Source: Gracilinanus agilis
Lineage: Eukaryota
Direction: 5' to 3'
NCBI RefSeq assembly: GCF_016433145.1
Contig: NC_058132.1
Location: forward strand, 165,123,025-165,187,024
DNA length: 64,000 bases
Of this stretch, positions 63,865 through 64,000 are shown piece by piece. Within the stretch, counting starts at the first letter, position 1, and each line of letters opens with the position of its first letter. Below the pieces are notes generated by a model, which was not told where the DNA came from, searched no databases, and saw only the letters and a program-made list of their open reading frames with translations. The position numbers and the translations under genes are program-made.

Positions 63865-64000
63865 TTCTCGATGGTCCCCTCCAGGGCGACGGCTCCGACC
63901 AGGACCTCTTGAGCCCCGGGAACTACTGGAGCCTCTGGAGGAGTTGCTACCAGCAGTGGAGCAGGCACTAGCCCCCTGGCTTCGGGGCAAAAAACTGGGT
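63865..64000 (-). CDS. ROBO3: ROBO3 penultimate exon (partial; continues beyond the window)
   Basis: [45 protein letters not shown] matches the recalled ROBO3 C-terminus; tail-to-tail with ROBO4 as in eutherians. Confidence 0.9.

Overview
Marsupial genomic DNA, most likely a didelphid opossum, judged from the SINE1_Mdo-type, MAR1-type and hAT MITE repeats (species not determinable). It is syntenic with the eutherian CCDC15-HEPACAM-ROBO4-ROBO3 block. Contents: the first coding exon and CpG-island promoter of CCDC15 (-); complete HEPACAM/GlialCAM (+, 7 coding exons, 418 aa); ROBO4 (+); the 3' end of ROBO3 (-); an old ~5 kb ERV1-like provirus with an env remnant; many SINE/LINE/MITE copies; one 246-N gap. 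Main finding: the three ROBO4 exons encoding both Ig domains (exons 2-4) are present in order but decayed by stops and frameshifts. Exon 1 and exons 5-18 are intact, and exon 1 splices in frame to exon 5, predicting a 798-aa ROBO4 with no Ig domains. Secondary findings: apparent loss of the ROBO3 terminal stop codon, a 1-nt frameshift in CCDC15, and a candidate HEPACAM 5'UTR intron that would remove an overlapping uORF. All comparisons with human/mouse proteins are from memory and manual alignment; no searches were run.
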